This document shows positions 59,722 to 64,000 of a DNA stretch of 64,000 nt, in pieces. Under the pieces are notes generated by a model that had not been told where the DNA came from, did no database searches, and saw nothing but the letters and a program-made list of their open reading frames with translations. The stretch comes from Chloroflexota bacterium (GTDB lineage Bacteria > Chloroflexota > UBA11872 > VXOZ01). Made by a program: the position numbers and the translations under genes. Each line of letters starts with the position of its first letter. The stretch's first letter is position 1. The DNA lies in contig OZ219802.1 of NCBI GenBank assembly GCA_964291655.2, positions 2,400,001 to 2,464,000 on the forward strand, read 5' to 3'.

Positions 59722-59860
59722 GAGACTTTTGTGTAACTCCGTCATTCCGGCGAAAGCCGGAATCCAGAGCGCCTTTACAACTAAAGATAGCATGATTTCA
59801 AGTCATTTCACCCCTTTCCCAACCTTCCCCTTCAAAGGTGAAGGGCTATGCAAAGGTCTC
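59722..59860. mobile_element. GAGAC-ended MITE (139 bp) inserted in a REP hairpin loop; cargo is a family C REP plus a decayed family A REP
   Basis: Ends GAGACTTTTGTGTAAC / GCTATGCAAAGGTCTC; direct repeat CGCCG (59717-59721, 59861-59865); outer arms CCCACTCCC and GGGAGAGGG. Confidence 0.8.
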
Positions 59861-59997
59861 CGCCGGGAGAGGGGATCTTTCCGCCCCGGCAAGGTTCATT
59901 AGGATTCTCCTGGTGGGCAGGGAGAATGCTCGCATTGGATTGAGTCTTGGTCGTACTCCACGATGTGCAGGTTGCTGTGCTTCGTCGCCAATCGCCA

Positions 59998-60196
59998 AAC
60001 CTCACCTACTATTGTAAGCGTTTGAACGCCAGGCCGAACGCTTGCCGGCAAACACTGAAATCAGCACTGATCCTCTCGTGGCTATCCAATCACTGAGTAG
60101 AGTGCTAGCGACGAATTCCTGTGACTATAGGCAAGAATATACTCAGTCTGGAGGAATCCGCATGGAGCCACATGCTACCCTATGGTAGGTGAGGTT
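59998..60196. other. About 200-bp element bounded by a 14-bp inverted repeat with internal hairpins (ncRNA or MITE)
   Basis: AACCTCACCTACTA (59998-60011) pairs with TGGTAGGTGAGGTT (60183-60196); internal stems AGCACT/AGTGCT, ATTCCT/AGGAAT, GCATG/CATGC, GCGTT/AACGC. Confidence 0.5.
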
Positions 60197-60383
60197 AGCA
60201 ATCACATAATCTTATTGCCGCAGGCTGTTGACTGTCACGTGCACGTTAGTATAGGTTGAGATACGAAATGTGAGTGTCTTGGGAGCGTGGCACTTGGTAT
60301 AGCAGCGAAGGCAACATCAAGTGAGGCAGCTTCCCGACCCAAGCAAAAGTGGCGCCTCAATCAAGAAAGAAAGAGGAGAGGGT

Positions 60384-61241
60384 ATGAGTGCGATTGCCAT
60401 CGTAACTGATAGCACGAGCGACCTCGATCCCACGATTGCCGCCGAGCAGCACATAACCTTAGTGCCGGCGCACGTGCGTTTCGGAGATATCGATTACAAG
60501 GACGGTGTGGACATCACGGGCGAGCAATTCTATACAATGCTCACCGAGGCTCAGGACCTGCCCCAGACATCGCAACCCTCAGTAGGTGAATTCGCCGAGG
60601 TCTACGAGCGATTGGCGCAGGACCACGACCATATCGTGTCGCTTCACGTATCCGGCAAGCTGAGCGGCACCATGCAGTCGGCGCTGACAGCCGCGCAGCA
60701 GTTTGAGGGCGAGACTTCCTGCAATATTCATGTGATTGATACGCAATCGGCCTCGATAGGCTTGGCGTACATAGCGTGCGAAGCGGCGCGGCTCGTTGGT
60801 GAAGACGCGGAAGTCGATCACGTCGTAAGTCGCGTCAAGAGTGTCGCCGACCTTATGCACGTCGCCTTTACCCCGGATACATTGGAGTATCTGCGGCGCG
60901 GCGGTCGCCTCGGGGCGGCCTCTCACTTGGTTGGATCGCTACTTCGCATCAAGCCGGTACTCATTCTTGAGGATGGCGCAATTGAAGCGCTTGATAAGGT
61001 GCGCACGCGGTCGCGTGTCGTCGAGCGCATGGTGCGCTTTGTGGAATCAGTTGCCGGCCCAGAAGGAACGCTCACGCATCTTGGCGTGATGCACGCCAAT
61101 GACCCGGATTTCGCGGCCGAGTTGCAAGAGGCGATCTTGGGCCGCGTTTCTGCGGAGAGAGTCATGAACGGGTCAATTGGACCGGCCATCGGCACGCACG
61201 CGGGACCGGGGGCTGTCGGCATATCATTTCATAAGGAGTAA
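60384..61241 (+). CDS. DegV family fatty-acid-binding protein (FakB-like)
   Basis: IVTDSTSDL, TSQPS, SGKLSGT, L.YL.RGGR, IGTHAGPG. Confidence 0.95.
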   Translation: MSAIAIVTDSTSDLDPTIAAEQHITLVPAHVRFGDIDYKDGVDITGEQFYTMLTEAQDLPQTSQPSVGEFAEVYERLAQDHDHIVSLHVSGKLSGTMQSALTAAQQFEGETSCNIHVIDTQSASIGLAYIACEAARLVGEDAEVDHVVSRVKSVADLMHVAFTPDTLEYLRRGGRLGAASHLVGSLLRIKPVLILEDGAIEALDKVRTRSRVVERMVRFVESVAGPEGTLTHLGVMHANDPDFAAELQEAILGRVSAERVMNGSIGPAIGTHAGPGAVGISFHKE

Positions 61242-61250
61242 GTCGCATCT

Positions 61251-62609
61251 ATGCGCGAACGCATCGAAGACGCGCTAAAGCAACATACCGCGGACTACGT
61301 GGAGGTCCGCATCGAGGAAACGCAGTCCACGAATATTACCTACCGGGGCAAGGACTTGGAGGAGGTGGGTACAACCACGCAGCTTGGCGGCTCTGTGCGC
61401 GCCGCAGTTAACGGCGGCTGGGGCTTTGTTTCCTTCAATCGGATCGATGGTCTGCAAGAAAAAGTGTCTCAAGCTGTCAGTCAAGCGCGTCTTGTAGGCA
61501 ACGAAAAAACGGAATTGGCCGACGTGCCGCCGGTACAGGACGTGGTGCGGGTCTCCATGCAGCGTGATCCACGTGAGGTCGCGCTGGCGGAGAAGAAGCA
61601 CCTTATGGACTCGTATGTGGAAGAAATCTGGCGGACGCCCAAGATTCAGACTTCCACGGTGCGCTATGGCGACGGCTACCGTAAGCAGTATTTCGGTAAC
61701 TCAAGTGGAACATACATTGAACAAGAGCGGGGACGCGTAACTGCTCATTTCGGCGTCGTCGCGCGTGATAACGGCAATGTGCAGCAAGCACGGTCAGGCT
61801 TTGCCAGCAGCGAGGACTATGGCGTCGTGGAAGGACATCACGACGAGGTGCGTGAAACGGCCGAAAAAGCCGTGGGGATGCTCGCTGCCACACCGCCAAA
61901 GGGCGGGGAGTTCATGGTGATTCTCGACTCCACCCTGGCGGGTGTTTTTGCGCACGAGGCGTTTGGGCACTTATCGGAAGCCGATCACGTGTATGAGAAC
62001 GACAAGCTCAAAGAGATCATGGTCCTGGGCCGCACATTCGGCGGCAAGTACCTCAACATCATAGACAGCGGACGGGTGCAGGGCCTCACCGGCTCGTTCG
62101 CGTACGATGACGAAGGGGTGCCTACGGGCAAGCAATACCTGATCCGCGAAGGCGATTTGGTGGGGCGGCTGCACTCACGGGAGACCGCGGGCAAGATGAA
62201 CGAAGCCCCTACGGGCAATGCCCGCGCCCAGAGCTACCGTGTGCCGCCGCTGGTCCGCATGCGCAATACGGCTATCGAGCCGGGTGAGACTCCTCTGGAG
62301 GATATGCTGGCGGAGGTGAAGGACGGCGTCTACTGCAAGAACTGGTACGGCGGCCAGACAAGCATGGAGATGTTCACGTTCTCGTGCATGGAGGCCTATG
62401 CCATCCGGGATGGTAAGTTGGCCGAGCCGCTGCGTGGCGTAAATCTTTCCGGCAATGTCTTCACGACGTTGGAGAACATCGTCGCCGTGGGCAACGATTT
62501 TGCGTGGGACCCCGCGGGCGGAACGTGCGGCAAGGGCGGCCAGTCGGCACCGGTGGGCGACGGCAGCCCCCACGTACTCATTAGCAAGTGCTTGGTGGGA
62601 GGTCAGTAG
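61251..62609 (+). CDS. tldD: TldD metalloprotease subunit
   Basis: HEAFGHLSEAD, DDEG, PLVRMRNT, CGKGGQ. Confidence 0.93.
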   Translation: MRERIEDALKQHTADYVEVRIEETQSTNITYRGKDLEEVGTTTQLGGSVRAAVNGGWGFVSFNRIDGLQEKVSQAVSQARLVGNEKTELADVPPVQDVVRVSMQRDPREVALAEKKHLMDSYVEEIWRTPKIQTSTVRYGDGYRKQYFGNSSGTYIEQERGRVTAHFGVVARDNGNVQQARSGFASSEDYGVVEGHHDEVRETAEKAVGMLAATPPKGGEFMVILDSTLAGVFAHEAFGHLSEADHVYENDKLKEIMVLGRTFGGKYLNIIDSGRVQGLTGSFAYDDEGVPTGKQYLIREGDLVGRLHSRETAGKMNEAPTGNARAQSYRVPPLVRMRNTAIEPGETPLEDMLAEVKDGVYCKNWYGGQTSMEMFTFSCMEAYAIRDGKLAEPLRGVNLSGNVFTTLENIVAVGNDFAWDPAGGTCGKGGQSAPVGDGSPHVLISKCLVGGQ

Positions 62610-62613
62610 TCGT

Positions 62614-63936
62614 ATGCTCGATGCATTGCTCGATAAAGCCAAGAAAACGGCTGAAGTAGCCGAGGTGCTCTTCTACGAATCTACGGAACTCCCTATCTCC
62701 TTTGAAGCCAACCGCATGAAGTCCATAAACGCTCGGGAGTCAAGCGGCATGGCGTTGCGCATCATCAAGGATGGGCGCATCGGCTTGGGCTACTCAACCA
62801 AGTTAGGTGGGCCCGGCGATCTGGACGCTCTCGTGGCGAGCGCGGTCGAGTCCGCGCAGTTTGGGGCCGAAGCTCAGTTCACCTTGCCAAGCACCTATAC
62901 GACGAACGGTGTCACCATCTTCGATCCCGGGGTGGAAGCTCTTGCGCTGGATAGTCTTGTGGCGCTCGGCTCAGAGGCGCTTGACTTGCTGCGCAACCAC
63001 GACGATGAGTTTCTGTGCGACGTAGGCGCGTCGAAACGCATCACACACGTCCGGTTGCTCAACTCTCTCGGCGGCGGCACGGATTACCGCAAGTCCGTAG
63101 TGTCCCTGGGGGCCAGCATCAATTTGACGCGGGGTGAGGACATCCTGGACGTCTGGCACTACTCCCTATCGTGTCAGGCTGACGTGGACCCACAGGCGGT
63201 GGCGCAACGCATAATCCAGCGGGTCGAGGCCGCACGGGAGCATGCGGCAGTTTCCACGAAGCACATGCCCGTGCTCTTTACTCCGCAAGGTCTCGGCTCT
63301 ACGCTCATGGTGCCGCTCCGGCAGGCGTTTAGTGGGAAGACGGTGTTGCAGGGCGCTTCTCCCTTGAGCGACAAGCTGGGCGAGCAAGTATTCGACGAGA
63401 AGTTGAACGTCTACGACGACGGTACGATTGACAATGCCGTCGGCTCCTCCCCCACCGACGATGAAGGCATAGCTTTGCAGCGCACCCCGCTCATCGAGAA
63501 CGGCCACGTCTGCACCTTCATCTATGACCTGCAGACTGCGGGGCTGGCCGGCGCCGAGCCGACAGGCAACGGCGAGCGTTCCCCGGACTCGTTACCGACA
63601 CCGGGATATCACAATGTCGTTGTGACACCCGGTGACGGCGGGAGCCTGCAGGACCTTATTGGCGGCATAGACGAAGGCATACTGGTCGAATTCACCATGG
63701 GCGCGTCGATGGGAAATCTCTTTTCGGGTGATTTCTCCGGCAACGTGCACTTGGGTTACAAGATTGAAAACGGCAAGCTCGCAGGCCGCGTGAAAGATAC
63801 GATGGTGGCAGGCAATAGCTATGAGGCGCTGAAGAACATCGCGGCCATTGGCAGCGAGCCGGAATGGGTTGGCGGCAGCTTCTACGCGCCTCCGATACTA
63901 GTGGCGGACTTGAGCGTAAGCACCCGTGCGGATTAG
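62614..63936 (+). CDS. pmbA: PmbA/TldE partner subunit
   Basis: TldD/PmbA fold without HExxH; DDEG, TGN, SGDFS; starts 4 bp after the tldD stop. Confidence 0.88.
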   Translation: MLDALLDKAKKTAEVAEVLFYESTELPISFEANRMKSINARESSGMALRIIKDGRIGLGYSTKLGGPGDLDALVASAVESAQFGAEAQFTLPSTYTTNGVTIFDPGVEALALDSLVALGSEALDLLRNHDDEFLCDVGASKRITHVRLLNSLGGGTDYRKSVVSLGASINLTRGEDILDVWHYSLSCQADVDPQAVAQRIIQRVEAAREHAAVSTKHMPVLFTPQGLGSTLMVPLRQAFSGKTVLQGASPLSDKLGEQVFDEKLNVYDDGTIDNAVGSSPTDDEGIALQRTPLIENGHVCTFIYDLQTAGLAGAEPTGNGERSPDSLPTPGYHNVVVTPGDGGSLQDLIGGIDEGILVEFTMGASMGNLFSGDFSGNVHLGYKIENGKLAGRVKDTMVAGNSYEALKNIAAIGSEPEWVGGSFYAPPILVADLSVSTRAD

Positions 63937-64000
63937 CCGGATCTAAGCAGCGAAGCCGTGACTAAGCCGATTCCCGAGTGTAAGTTGACTTTAAGGTGCG

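Noticed and set aside
61251-63936. tldD/pmbA as part of a RiPP cluster with the ATP-grasp or radical SAM genes
   Set aside because: They are ~57 kb apart, no precursor peptide is visible, and TldD/PmbA are common housekeeping genes.

Overview
A GC-rich bacterial chromosomal window, probably Chloroflexota (inferred from the short 168-aa EF-Ts, the CcmD-like small protein and the expanded Gfo/Idh/MocA, PhyH, RraA and sugar-binding-protein repertoire). Housekeeping content: ccmC/ccmD end, rqcH, lhgO, rpsB-tsf-pyrH-frr-uppS-cdsA, trxB, clpP-clpX, iscS-ribD-ribE-ribBA-ribH, a selenocysteine-containing selD (in-frame UGA, truncated in the ORF track), degV and tldD-pmbA. A sugar/organic-acid catabolic patch lies at 21-37.6 kb. 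The intergenic DNA holds at least six REP-like palindrome families. The most striking feature is a nested mobile system built on one REP family (CCCTCACCC-N3/4-CCCTCTCCC-loop-GGGAGAGGG). Short non-coding elements with GAGACC..GGTCTC or GAGGCTGTCTCA-type inverted ends sit in its loop and carry further REP copies as cargo. Those internal REPs have been hit three times by IS481-family elements (two full IS and one 288-bp MITE, each with a 5-bp target duplication), and an un-hit sibling copy is present in the same window. Other leads: an unusual ATP-grasp-like ligase next to a lysine 2,3-aminomutase, two unannotated ~200-nt structured intergenic elements (upstream of trxB and of degV), and a frameshifted DUF1640-like gene inside the riboflavin operon. 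All family calls come from motif recognition by eye; no database search was run.
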